From Trichodesmium erythraeum IMS101 (GTDB lineage Bacteria; Cyanobacteriota; Cyanobacteriia; Cyanobacteriales; Microcoleaceae), in NCBI RefSeq assembly GCF_000014265.1, contig NC_008312.1, positions 5,070,001 to 5,102,000 on the forward strand: a stretch of DNA of 32,000 nucleotides, in the 5' to 3' direction. A program made the translations under genes and the position numbers. Every line of letters begins with the position of its first letter. The stretch's first letter is position 1. Below are positions 1 through 10,116 of the stretch, in pieces. The notes beneath the pieces were generated by a model. The model worked only from the letters and a program-made list of their open reading frames with translations. It ran no database searches and was not told the DNA's origin.

Positions 1-1
1 A

Positions 2-214
2 CTGTTACACCGACATTGCCACGATACTAAAACTGCTTTAGATAATAAAACATACACAAAACCTAAGTTACAGGATTTACCTGATGAATATCTATGGGTA
101 AATGATATGTTAATTCTAAAACAGGGATGTACCTATGAAAAAGGACGTTTAGGAGAGAAGCCGGATGAGGTGAAAGTCTCACGTCCGGTTTTGAAGACGA
201 GTCGGGTAAGGTAA
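2..214 (+). CDS. Group II intron-encoded protein (RT/maturase/HNH endonuclease), C-terminal fragment only. The N-terminus lies upstream of the window.
   Basis: Open frame from the window edge: LLHRHCHDTKTALDNKTYTKPKLQDLPDEYLWVNDMLILKQGCTYEKGRLGEKPDEVKVSRPVLKTSRVR*, with the HNH-type motif at its start. The frame runs through domain V to a TAA at 212-214, so the true stop or extent is uncertain. Confidence 0.65.
   Translation: MLHRHCHDTKTALDNKTYTKPKLQDLPDEYLWVNDMLILKQGCTYEKGRLGEKPDEVKVSRPVLKTSRVR
158..191 (+). ncRNA. Group II intron ribozyme domain V
   Basis: A 34-nt helix matching the domain V architecture. Lower stem AAGCCGGAU pairs with GUCCGGUUU, with an AC bulge on the 3' strand. Upper stem GAGGU pairs with GUCUC (two G-U pairs), capped by a GAAA loop. 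Confidence 0.75.
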
Positions 215-228
215 CTTACCTGGCTTAG

Positions 229-1044
229 TTTAACATTTCTCAAAGAATTAAAGAAATCAAAAAACAAGGTGGTATCGTAGCAGTAAGTTTCACACCTGCG
301 GGAGCACTAAAATATTGGAAAGTAATTGCCGAAGCTGCTGTAGACTTACTTTTTGTTCAAGCAACCGTTGTTTCAACTGCGTTTGTGTCAGATGAATCAG
401 TAGAAAAGCTTGATTTAGTTAAGCTTTGTCAAGAAATGCCTATGCCTGTTGTTTTAGGCAACTGTGTTACTTATGAAGTGGCATTAAGTTTAATGAAAGC
501 AGGAGCAGCAGGAGTATTAGTAGGTATTGGCCCTGGTGCAGCTTGTACATCTCGCGGTGTTTTAGGGGTTGGTGTTCCCCAAGTGACTGCAATAGCAGAC
601 TGTGCAGCAGCACGAAATGATTACTATCAAGTAACTGGAAATTATGTCCCAGTTATTGCCGATGGGGGTTTAATTACTGGGGGTGATATTTGTAAATCTA
701 TTGCTTGTGGTGCTGATGGAGTTATGATCGGTTCACCTATAGCTAGGGCGGCCGAGGCTCCAGGAGCTGGATATCATTGGGGTATGGCTACTCCTAGTCC
801 AGTATTACCAAGGGGTACTAGGATTAAAGTAGGTACAACTGGAACTATAAAGCAAATTCTCTCTGGGCCAGCACAATTGGATGATGGCACTCATAATTTG
901 TTGGGTGCTCTCAAAACTAGCATGGGAACTTTGGGAGCTAAGGACTTGAAGGAAATGCAACAGGTAGAAGTGGTCATTGCTCCTTCTTTATTAACTGAGG
1001 GTAAAGTTTATCAAAAAGCCCAACATTTGGGCATGGGTAAGTAG
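229..1044 (+). CDS. IMP dehydrogenase/GMP reductase family protein (cyanobacterial GuaB-like form without CBS domains). This is the 3' exon downstream of the group II intron.
   Basis: The translation continues upstream of the ORF-track GTG start: FNISQELKEIKKQGGIVAVSFTPAGALKYWKVIAEAAVDLLFVQATVVSTAFVSDES... It is followed by the IMPDH-type GIGPGAACTSRGVLGVGVPQ, IADGGLITGGDI and GADGVMIGS motifs. The frame is closed by TAG at 226-228, immediately after the intron hairpin. Confidence 0.85.
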   Translation, partial: FNISQRIKEIKKQGGIVAVSFTPAGALKYWKVIAEAAVDLLFVQATVVSTAFVSDESVEKLDLVKLCQEMPMPVVLGNCVTYEVALSLMKAGAAGVLVGIGPGAACTSRGVLGVGVPQVTAIADCAAARNDYYQVTGNYVPVIADGGLITGGDICKSIACGADGVMIGSPIARAAEAPGAGYHWGMATPSPVLPRGTRIKVGTTGTIKQILSGPAQLDDGTHNLLGALKTSMGTLGAKDLKEMQQVEVVIAPSLLTEGKVYQKAQHLGMGK

Positions 1045-1856
1045 ATTTCTTTACTTAATAAAACTCAAGATATCTTGACAAAATTTGTGAAGTAGCTTTT
1101 AAATTTATCAATTACTCTGGAATTATCTGAAAGGAAGTGTCAGAATAGGGATAGGGAGACTCTTAAGAGTTTCCCTTCACTCCTCACACCACACTCCGCC
1201 CGGACCTTTTTAGTTTGGGCGGTTCCTTCATGAAAACAATTTTGTTAACAGGATTGAAAACCACAACATAGGAATGGTTTATTAACCATCAAAGCATTTA
1301 TCTATAAACATTTTAGCTTTTTTGATTTGAAAAAAAGTATCTTTTTTAAAGTCTAAAAAATTCACCTATATTAACATTTTTTGCATAATAATTGTAGAAA
1401 AATTCGGGAAAAATATATCCGAATATCTCTTATATGATTCCCATTTATCCTGACTCTCTACTCCCCAAAAATACTTTTTCAGCAAACCTCAATTAGTTAA
1501 TATTTAGTTTTCCAAACCTTTAATAATTAGATTTATCAGAAGAATTTTTGGATAGTAATATAGTAGATTAGTTCTGCTTTTATCAGCTAAAAATCTGGTT
1601 TTTTTTCCCAGCTACGTACAACATATTACAAGTATTATTAAGTATAAATATCAAATAATACCTAGCCTAAACCTATGGGGTTAAACCCACATTTACCACG
1701 ATAATATTTTATATTTAACAACGAGAATATTTGAGTAATTACTTAGATTAATTTGAAAAATATTTAACTGTAATTTGTCATATTTTTCTCAAGAAAAAAG
1801 TGATAAAAAATTATCAAAAATGTCAGTATAAATAAGCAATTTATACCAATACAAAT

Positions 1857-3246
1857 CAGTGTAAATCACACAACTTAATGAGTAAAATTAGGCTATAATA
1901 CTTGTTTAATAAGCATTTAACCTTAAAGCTTTAATTTAGATTATACAAACAACCCCTAACACCATACCTCCTTACTTTTAAATCTGGTGCCAATAGTTTG
2001 AGAATTATTGGAAAAATCTACCTCAAAAAAGATGATTCTGCTATTCTCTAATTTGATTACTAGGGGATAATTAAAGAAAAAACATATCGCAAATAGCCAA
2101 TAACTTTATTGGAGTAGCTTATAATCAGCTAAATCATTTCATCCCAGATTATGCTTGGGAGTAAACTCAAATCAATCAACCTCACTTACAAATAATTAAT
2201 AAACCTTCTCCAACTAAATTCAAGAAAGGATTTAGTTTAACTTTAGACGATTAGGGACACCAAAAAAGTGGTAACTTTACATCTGGAGTAAGGCAACAAT
2301 AGACTGGAGAAATCGGTAAAATAGATATTAGGATAATAACAGTAACAACCCATAATGGCTGATGGCAAAAAAAAGTTTCCCTAACCACATGAAACTATAT
2401 CAAAATTCAAGCTTTTTACCAGAGGTTAAAGATGACAAATTATTTCAGAAAAACCGGATTAAGGAATAGTATAAGTAAACTATACTCTGCCTAGAGCTCA
2501 TCCTTTACGAAGAGTCTTAATTAATTCTAGCTTAAGCAGTAATACAAGATTTAATAAAAAACTAAAATACCGGGAATTAAAATATACGCAGAGGCATCGC
2601 TAAAAATTGAAAAATAGTAGTTCAACAAAAATCATATCAAGAAATAGAAACTAGAATAGATGAAGCTGAAGCTCGCTAAAACTATACCAAAAGAGGAATT
2701 TAAGTTAGTTATTTTAAGTGTATAAAAACTAAAAACAGTTTGGGTGAGCACATTTAAAGCTTTAATTTTACCCCATTCAAGGAGAAAAAAAAATTCCATA
2801 TCCCTATGAATGCTAATTCTATAGAAAAGACAACATAAATTGATTATTTTATTACCAATTTTGAGAGGTTAAAAATAACATTTCAATGGATAGTAAATAC
2901 CTACTCAAACAGAAACTGGATATAGTTGTTTTTACCGAGAAACACTCATGATGATTTAGATTAAAAGAATAAATATCAAGTAAGGGATAAATAGACACAA
3001 AATAGCTATTTTATCTTAGTATAAAAATGATTATAATTTTATCACTTGGGATAAGCTAACTAGAGGATGAAAAAGGCAATGGGGGAATCAACTTTTGAAG
3101 ATATTTACTGATTCTGATAAAGCTTTTAGTACAGCTATGTTTTTCCGTTTTTTTGATTGGTTAACTAATAATACTATTGGTTTTTGCTTCTTACAAAAAA
3201 AGCTTAGGCTATGTTTGGGGTTAAAAGTTGTGTAAGTCCCACTATG
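1857..3246 (+). mobile_element. Degraded IS701-like (IS4 superfamily) insertion sequence, copy 1. About 1390 bp with a dead transposase.
   Basis: Terminal inverted repeats: CAGTGTAAATCACACAACTT at 1857, and AAGTTGTGTAAGTCCCACTATG ending at 3246. Positions 2231-2350 translate as FSLTLDD*GHQKSGNFTSGVRQQ*TGEIGKIDIRIITV. This matches the LxxDDTGxxKxGxxSxGVxRQYxG..GK..N block of IS701-type DDE transposases, with stops at conserved residues. No ORF of 60 aa or more survives. Confidence 0.7.
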
Positions 3247-3505
3247 AGAAAGCTTCTATACCTCGGAATTTGGATAAGTCTTGATAGAATTTGACAAAAC
3301 AGAAAAGTTATGAATTTGTACTTTTTATGGATATTTGCCAACAGTAAATATATTTAAAATATGCTTTTTCATCCCAGACATGAGAATTAGGAATCTCTAT
3401 TCTCCCCATTCCCCTCCCAGGAGGGCTTAGGACTGGGTACCCATATGACTATTCTTGGGCTTTTAGACCGGGGAGAATGTCAAATGATTATTATCTTAAC
3501 TAAAA

Positions 3506-5638
3506 CTATAAGTTTTGCTGATGCCCAAAAAAGACAAAATTGCTTTCAGTAATAGTGGTATTGAATAACTGAGCAATTTCCTGTCCAAAAGCGGAAATAA
3601 TTATATCATTTCCTAATTGTTGGTAGTCCCAAAGCTCTCCTTTATTGTCTAAACTCAAAATAGTATTAGCAAAGCCAATGACATCATCTTCTGGATTAAA
3701 ATCATTAATTTGGTTAAGATTTTCAGGTAAATCATTATTATTAGTACTAACCCAAAGTTGATCCTTTCCTTCCCCTAAACTGATATAATTTCCACCTTGC
3801 CCAGTACCCGCAAAGATAATATCATTATCATTACCTAAAATAATACGATTACTAGTACCCGTAAAAACTATATCATTACCACTACCAGTATCAATCCAAT
3901 TATTTATTCCTATTTGAGAAACGTCAACCTTATCATTACCATTACCAGTAAATAATATTTGTTTTGCTCCTTCAAATTGAGTATCTTCAGGAAACGCACT
4001 ATCGAATATATCATCACCAGCAGTACCGAAAACAACTTGAAGTAATTCAGTATCTTCAATCTGATCTACAGTTTGAACTACTTGACTAGCACGGGGAATA
4101 GAAAAATCAGATGAACCTGATTGTACTTGAATATCGACTGTTAAAGAATCTAAGATTTCATCAAGATTATATTCTACACCGTAAGGAGTGGGAATTGGCT
4201 GGGTTAACAAAGTCCTGATCAGATTTTTATTGAGAATTTCCCAGAAATCAGTTTCATTAGGATAGGTGACCAGAAAATTATCAATAAACTGAGCAATAGG
4301 GATAAAATCAGGATATTCAAAGGGATTTTCTTGGCCAATACCTTCTTTATAATCCATATCAACAGCAATGTCGATAACTGCTTGCCCTTGATGTTCTATC
4401 TCATAATCTAATAATTCAAAACTGAAATTTTCCCCTAAATTAACTTCTACCTCTGTTTCAGGTATACCTACTACTTGACTAGCACGGGGAATAGAAAAAT
4501 CAGATGAACCTGATTGTACTTGAATATCGACTGTTAAAGAATCTAAGATTTCATCAAGATTATATTCTACACCGTAAGGAGTGGGAATTGGCTGGGTTAA
4601 CAAAGTCCTGATCAGATTTTTATTGAGAATTTCCCAGAAATCAGTTTCATTAGGATAGGTGACCAGAAAATTATCAATAAACTCAGCAATAGGGACAAAA
4701 TCAGGATATTCAAAGGGATTTTCTTGGCCAATACCTTCTTTATAATCCATATCAACAGCAATGTCGATAACTGCTTGCCCTTGATGTTCTATCTCATAAT
4801 CTAATAATTCAAAACTGAAATTTTCCCCTAAATTAACTTCTACCTCTGTTTCAGGTATACCTACTACTTGACTAGCACGGGGAATAGAAAAATCAGATGA
4901 ACCTGATTGTACTTGAATATCGACTGTTAAAGAATCTAAGATTTCATCAAGATTATATTCTACACCGTAAGGAGTGGGAATTGGCTGGGTTAACAAAGTC
5001 CTGATCAGATTTTTATTGAGAATTTCCCAGAAATCAGTTTCATTAGGATAGGTGACCAGAAAATTATCAATAAACTCAGCAATAGGGACAAAATCAGGAT
5101 ATTCAAAGGGATTTTCTTGGCCAATACCTTCTTTATAATCCATATCAACAGCAATGTCGATAACTGCTTGCCCTTGATGTTCTATCTCGTAATCTAATAA
5201 TTCAAAACTGAAATTTTCCCCTAAATTAACTTCTACCTCTGTTTCAGGTATACCTACTACTTGACTAGCACGGGGAATAGAAAAATCAGATGAACCTGAT
5301 TGTACTTGAATATCGACTGTTAAAGAATCTAAGATTTCATCAAGATTATATTCTACACCGTAAGGAGTGGGAATTGGCTGGGTTAACAAAGTCCTGATCA
5401 GATTTTTATTGAGAATTTCCCAGAAATCAGTTTCATTGGGATAAGTAACCAGAAAATTATCAATAAACTCAGCAATAGGGATAAAATCAGGATATTCAAA
5501 GGGATTTTCTTGGCCAATACCTTCTTTATAATCCATATCAACAGCAATATCGATAACTGCTTGCCCTTGATGTTCTATCTCATAATCTAATAATTCAAAA
5601 CTGAAATTTTCCTTTAGTGAATTAATTTTGGTGCTCAT
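3506..5638 (-). CDS. Secreted repeat protein. It has four 131-aa modules of unknown fold, then hemolysin-type (RTX-like) Ca-binding repeats, then a cyanobacterial T1SS-substrate-like C-terminus.
   Basis: The long ORF runs 3506-5662, but the track start at 5662 is a TTG. The first ATG (MSTKINSLKENFSFE) is at 5638. The C-terminal third has GxGxD-type repeats (FGTAGDDIF, FTGNGNDKV, DTGSGNDIV, ILGNDNDII, LGEGKDQLW). The tail reads INDFNPEDDVIGF...QLGNDIIISAFGQEIAQLFNTTITESNFVF, as in cyanobacterial calcium-binding exoproteins. There is no N-terminal signal peptide. Confidence 0.8.
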   Translation of the reverse strand: MSTKINSLKENFSFELLDYEIEHQGQAVIDIAVDMDYKEGIGQENPFEYPDFIPIAEFIDNFLVTYPNETDFWEILNKNLIRTLLTQPIPTPYGVEYNLDEILDSLTVDIQVQSGSSDFSIPRASQVVGIPETEVEVNLGENFSFELLDYEIEHQGQAVIDIAVDMDYKEGIGQENPFEYPDFVPIAEFIDNFLVTYPNETDFWEILNKNLIRTLLTQPIPTPYGVEYNLDEILDSLTVDIQVQSGSSDFSIPRASQVVGIPETEVEVNLGENFSFELLDYEIEHQGQAVIDIAVDMDYKEGIGQENPFEYPDFVPIAEFIDNFLVTYPNETDFWEILNKNLIRTLLTQPIPTPYGVEYNLDEILDSLTVDIQVQSGSSDFSIPRASQVVGIPETEVEVNLGENFSFELLDYEIEHQGQAVIDIAVDMDYKEGIGQENPFEYPDFIPIAQFIDNFLVTYPNETDFWEILNKNLIRTLLTQPIPTPYGVEYNLDEILDSLTVDIQVQSGSSDFSIPRASQVVQTVDQIEDTELLQVVFGTAGDDIFDSAFPEDTQFEGAKQILFTGNGNDKVDVSQIGINNWIDTGSGNDIVFTGTSNRIILGNDNDIIFAGTGQGGNYISLGEGKDQLWVSTNNNDLPENLNQINDFNPEDDVIGFANTILSLDNKGELWDYQQLGNDIIISAFGQEIAQLFNTTITESNFVFFGHQQNL
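4064..5611 (-). repeat. Tandem repeat inside the RTX-like gene: 4 copies of 393 bp (the last slightly shorter), nearly identical.
   Basis: The string ACTACTTGACTAGCACGGGGAATAGAAAAATCAGATGAACC recurs near 4076, 4469, 4862 and 5255, giving a 393-bp period (131 aa). Only a few substitutions are visible, such as I/V in DF[IV]PIA and E/Q in IA[EQ]F. Confidence 0.95.
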
Positions 5639-5801
5639 TTTTTTGAGATTAGGTTTCTTCAATTAATAGATTTCTGGGAGCTGACAGCTAATAGCTGAAT
5701 TCTGATATTAAATCAGATGTTTCGGCTGAACTCCAGAACTTACTTTAGCAGTTGCAAGACATTTTTTATTGGTAGTGATGGTAATATTTTATAAGTTTTT
5801 A

Positions 5802-7176
5802 CTACTGGGACTTACGCAACTTTTCACCCCAAATATAGCCTAAACTTTTTTTGTGAGAAGTAAAAACCAATAGGATTATTAATCAACGAATCAAAAAAAC
5901 GGAAAAACATGGCTGTAGGAAAAGCTTGATCAGCATCAGTAAATAATCTTCCAAGGTTTATTCCCCCATTTCCTTTATCATCCTCCAGTTAGCCTATGCT
6001 ATGTGATATAATTATAACTATTTTATACTAAGATAAAATGGCTATGTTGTCTCCATTTATCCCCTACTTGATATTCTTTTAATCCCAACCATCATGAGCA
6101 TCTATCGCTAAAAAACTTCTATCTAGTTTCTGTTTTAGTAGGTATTTAATATCCATTTAAATGTCATTTTTAACCTCTCAAAATTGGCAATAAAATAATC
6201 AATTTATGTTGTCTTTTATATGGAATTAGCATTCATAGGGATAGGGAAAGTTTTTTATCCTTAAAGGAGTAAAATTGAAGCTTTAAATGTGCTAAACCAA
6301 ACTATTTTTATTTGTTCTATACTTAAGATAACTAGCTCTAATTCCTCTTTTATTATAGTTTTAGCGAGCTTCATATCTTCTAGTTTTTATTTATTGATAT
6401 TATTTTTGTTGAACTACTATTTTTCGGTTTTTGGCGATGCCTCCGCGCATATTTTAATTTCCGGTCTTCAAGTTTTTTCAAAAATATTGTATTATTGCTT
6501 TAGTGAGAATTAATTAATACTTTTCCTAAAGGATGAGCTATGGTCAGAGTAGAGTTTATTTATACTATTCCTTAATCCGATTTTTCTGAAATAATTTGTC
6601 ATATTTTATCTCTGGTAAAAGCTTGAGTTTTGATATAATTTGATGTGATTAGGGAAACTTTTTTTGCAATCAGCAATCATGGGTTATTACTGTTATTATC
6701 CTAATATCTATTTTACCGATTTCTCCAATTGATTGTTGCCTTACTCCAGATATAAAACTACCACTTTTTTTGTGTCCATAATCGTCTAAAATCAAACTAA
6801 ATTCAAGACAGAATTTAGTTGTAGAAGGTTTATTAATTATTTGTAAGCGAGGTTGATTTATTTGAGTAGACTCCCAAGGATAATCTAGGATGAAATGATG
6901 TAGACGATTCTAAACTACTCCAATAGAGTTATTGGCTATTTACAATATTTTTTTCCTTTAATTCTCCCCTAGTAATCTACCTAGATAATGGCAGAATCAT
7001 ATTTTTTGAGGTTGATTTTTTCAAGAATTGTCAAACTTTTCACACTAGCTTTAAAAGTAAAGAGGCATGGTGTTACGGGTTGTTTATCTCATCTAATGAA
7101 AGCTTTAAGGTCAAATGCTTAATGAACAAGCATTATAGCTTAATTTTAATAATTAAGTTGTGTAAGTCACACTAAG
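5802..7176 (-). mobile_element. Degraded IS701-like insertion sequence, copy 2, inverted relative to copy 1.
   Basis: It is the reverse complement of 1857-3246 along its whole length by eye (roughly 85-90% identity with small indels, not computed). Its ends are CTACTGGGACTTACGCAACTT at 5802 and AAGTTGTGTAAGTCACACTAAG ending at 7176. Only one short spurious ORF (6289-6513) remains. Confidence 0.7.
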
Positions 7177-7726
7177 TAACTTTTAACAAAGTATTTTTAT
7201 AATCAACTTTACCAGAATTAATATTCAAAAATTAGAAGATAATAAGAGTGGATGTTTATTTACTTAAATACAAAGTAAAATAACTATTATTATTAATTTT
7301 TTAAACACACAAAAAAGATTATGTAAATTTATATTAGTGACAAATGTTCTATATACTATGGTTTCAACTACAAAATAAATTATTTCTAAATATAAATTTC
7401 AGGATTCATTATAAAGTTTTTTTATAATTTTTTACCCTCTCTTTTTGTCTGATAGAATCTTGAAAAATATCCCCATATAATTAAAGATAATTGGTTATTT
7501 ATGGGCTTGTATTTGTTGATAATTACTTGAGGCAAACATCAATTATATTAAATTTAAAACTACATAAATCTACTGTAAAAAACTAATTGTGTAATTCCAC
7601 AAACTGACCAATATACGTTGGATATTTCAATGTTTTCCGTGAATACAGATGTTGATTAATTTTGGGGTAAAAGAAATATCCAATTTAACTGAGGAACCTC
7701 TCCAATTATTAAAGTTTTTCCTCTAA

Positions 7727-8645
7727 GAGACTATTTGTAAAAAAAAAAGCTAAAAATGGCCATAAAGAGGTATTGAAGGTAGGAAAATAAAAAAAACAAT
7801 GAGCACTATCAAATAAATGTCAGTGAAAATCTTTAGCCAGGGTTCTAGGCCCTCGCAAATGGGAACTACTCAAACCTCTGCTACCGAAACCTCTCTCAAC
7901 GAAGGCCAAAACTAAATGCTAACCTCACAGAAGTAGTAAATTGTAGATTCTATATCTTTTAGTCTGGTTCTAATTGAGGTTCTTTGCCCCACGAGCTACC
8001 ATCTTGGCAAACTGTGTCAAAAAAATTGCGTAAATTCCACGGATATTGTGTTTGGGAACAAATGAATCATACTCTATGGCCAGAGGCAAGAGTCCAAGAA
8101 GCATGACACCAAGAACCTACTGCAGCAGCTGTTAATTCTCATAGGGTAACAACAACAGCAAAAAGGGGGAGGTATACGGCTATGGTGATAGTAAAAAAGT
8201 AAAAACTCTTAAGGGTCATATCTTGGTTGATACTCAAGGAATACTACTAGGAGCATTTTCTAGTGAGGCAGATATGGGAAAACTCTTAGGGGCTACAGTC
8301 CTGGTTATGGAACAGGGTGAAAATTTTCCAGAAGGACCAATTAGTTTGGGTTGAGTCTGGTTATAGATAAGCGAAATTTGCTATGGCGATCGCAGACCTG
8401 ATCCCAGTAGGAGTGGAAATAGTCAAGGGTAATACTCAAGAATTTGAAGTCTTACCTAGAGGATGGGTTGTAGAAAGAACTTTTGGATGGCTAGTTCAGA
8501 AGCGAAATTTAGCTGTGGACTATGTATGAACAACTATCTGAGATAGGTGAAGCTCTAATTTGGACTGTAATAATTAGATTTATGTTACGGAGACTTGGTA
8601 GTAAAAACTCAGGCCATTGTTAAGATTTGTTTTACAAACAGTCTC
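7727..8645 (+). mobile_element. IS5-family insertion sequence (IS1031/ISL2-like size, ~920 bp) with an inactivated transposase.
   Basis: TIRs are GAGACTATTTGTAAAA (7727) and TTTTACAAACAGTCTC (ending 8645). They are flanked by a direct TAA at 7724-7726 and 8646-8648, a TNA-type 3-bp target duplication. The internal frames carry the IS5 signature FEVLPRGWVVERTFGWLVQKRNLAVDY (8441-8526). Confidence 0.8.
7835..8623 (+). pseudogene. IS5-family DDE transposase pseudogene
   Basis: Homologous segments lie in different frames and are interrupted by stops: RPSQMGTTQ..., HLGKLCQKNCVNS..., AAAVNSHRVTTTAKRG, VISWLILKEYY*, PRGWVVERTFGWL...DYV*, EALIWTVIIRFMLRRL. Confidence 0.8.
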
Positions 8646-10116
8646 TAAGTTTTCAAAGATACTATCTTCTTAAGTTGGAGTTGAGATAGGATAACCATAA
8701 AAAATATCTCAAATCAAGTTATCAAGGTCACCTAAGTATTTAGTCCCCATTTCTACAATTGATATTCTTATGGCTCTATCACTCCCAGAGTAATATGGAT
8801 GGAAATGTTGACCCAGATTATATGAGAACCTAATATTTAAGTACATTGATAGTTAAATTTATACTTAGCTACAGCGAAATAGTCTTTTTGAACAGTATAA
8901 ATGCTGGCTCAAGTGTTTTCACTGTTAAATACTACATTTTTTTCTGCGGAATATGGGGTTGAAATCAAACTCTTGTATTGCAGACATCTTGACAGCTATA
9001 GCAATACTTTAACTAATCTGTAACAATTATGCAGTGCCACTATGTATGTTATATTTTTGGTAATTTATTCAGGTTTTTACACTACAATTAGATACTTGGC
9101 ATAAGCCCTGATCTCGAAAGCATTTAGCTAGTAGAGAAAGACCAATCAATATTGCGTTCCTGCCAACAATTTGCTAATATAATACAAAAGGTAATGTTAG
9201 TAGTTTTTATAGCTGGTATTAAACTAGTTAGGAGCAATAGTTAGTAAAAAAAATAACACACAAACCTTTTCAAGATTACTGATATGTAGTAATCTAGTTT
9301 GGAAAAGGTCTCCCAAAAAAATTGGTTAATTCCTTGACAAAAGTTAAAAAGTAAAGTAAAAATTTATATGTTTATAAACTTGTTTAACAAGGGAACGCTT
9401 TTGTCAAACGGAGAACTAAAAACTGTCAAAACAGATGGATGTTACTAGGTTAGGCGAAATAAAATAATGAGCATCGGTGTTGTTGCAGTGTAGGGAGTGA
9501 GAAAGTTTGCTAATTACTAACTGTTAAAACTATGGGTTTTTAAATACAAAGACTCTGATAGTAACACCTATAACTTTAAATTGTGATGCTATTAAATATT
9601 TAAGATTTAGACTTTTAGTAGGTTAAGTATTACACTTACTGTAGAATAATCTTAAGTTATATGGGTGTTATTCACTATCCTTTACTAATTAAATCAGAGG
9701 TTAGCCTTGATTTAATTATCAATTAGATACCAAATGGTTTTAAAAAAGATATAAGTCTAAATTATAATCATAAGGTTTGGTAATTATTGGTTATACCTTA
9801 AAAATAACTTTTGTAGGATAGAGATAAATGACCATATTGTAAAATAGACTTTTAACATAACTTTTTAAAATCTATAAAAGTGTGAAAAAGTCTAGCCGAT
9901 TAAATTTTCAATAAATGCCTAAGATATAAGTAGGTAAGCATGAAAAAAACTTAGCTATATTAAGATTTGTATACTGACTTCAAGACCCTCTACAGAGTTA
10001 ACTTGAAGTTAATTTATATTTTGTTACATAGTAAATAATTTCAAGACTGACTTACTTGTTTCAGACAATGGCATAATTGAACTAACTAAAATCAAAATAA
10101 AAAGATTACTTAAATA

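Larger units (their letters stand above)
1..228 (+). mobile_element. 3' end of a group II intron (the window starts inside it): C-terminal HNH part of the intron-encoded protein, then ribozyme domains V and VI. The 3' boundary is approximate (226-235).
   Basis: Frame 2 reads LLHRHCHDTKT..., the LHxxCHxxxH-type endonuclease motif of group II intron reverse transcriptase/maturases. Positions 158-191 (AAGCCGGAUGAGGUGAAAGUCUCACGUCCGGUUU) fold as a canonical 34-nt domain V: AGC triad, GAAA tetraloop and a 2-nt AC bulge. Positions 200-225 form an 11-bp GUAA-capped hairpin in the domain VI position. The IMPDH-family reading frame resumes directly afterwards. Confidence 0.8.
7583..9091 (-). mobile_element. 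Possible IS630-family relic (a deletion derivative), split by the IS5-family element.
   Basis: The ends are CTAATTGTGTAATTCCACAAACTG (7583) and CAGGTTTTTACACTACAATTAG (ending 9091), which are imperfect inverted repeats sharing CTAATTGT. The minus-strand translation has weak IS630-like pieces (STPYSAEKNVVFNSENT*ASIYTVQKDY and VNISIHITLG). The evidence is thin. Confidence 0.35.

Noticed and set aside
1196-1222. CCGCCC...GGGCGG hairpin ~150 nt downstream of the IMPDH-family gene as a terminator
   Set aside because: It has only a 6-bp stem with a 15-nt loop and no following T-tract, so it is too weak to call.
3398-3478. Inverted 9-mer ATTCTCCCC / GGGGAGAAT downstream of the RTX-like gene, considered as a MITE or terminator
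   Set aside because: The arms are ~60 nt apart with no further pairing or T-run, and there is only one occurrence in the window. That is insufficient evidence.
6289-6513. 74-aa plus-strand ORF
   Set aside because: It lies inside dead IS701-like copy 2, on the strand opposite the transposase remnant. The peptide is low-complexity and hydrophobic, and no counterpart ORF exists in copy 1.
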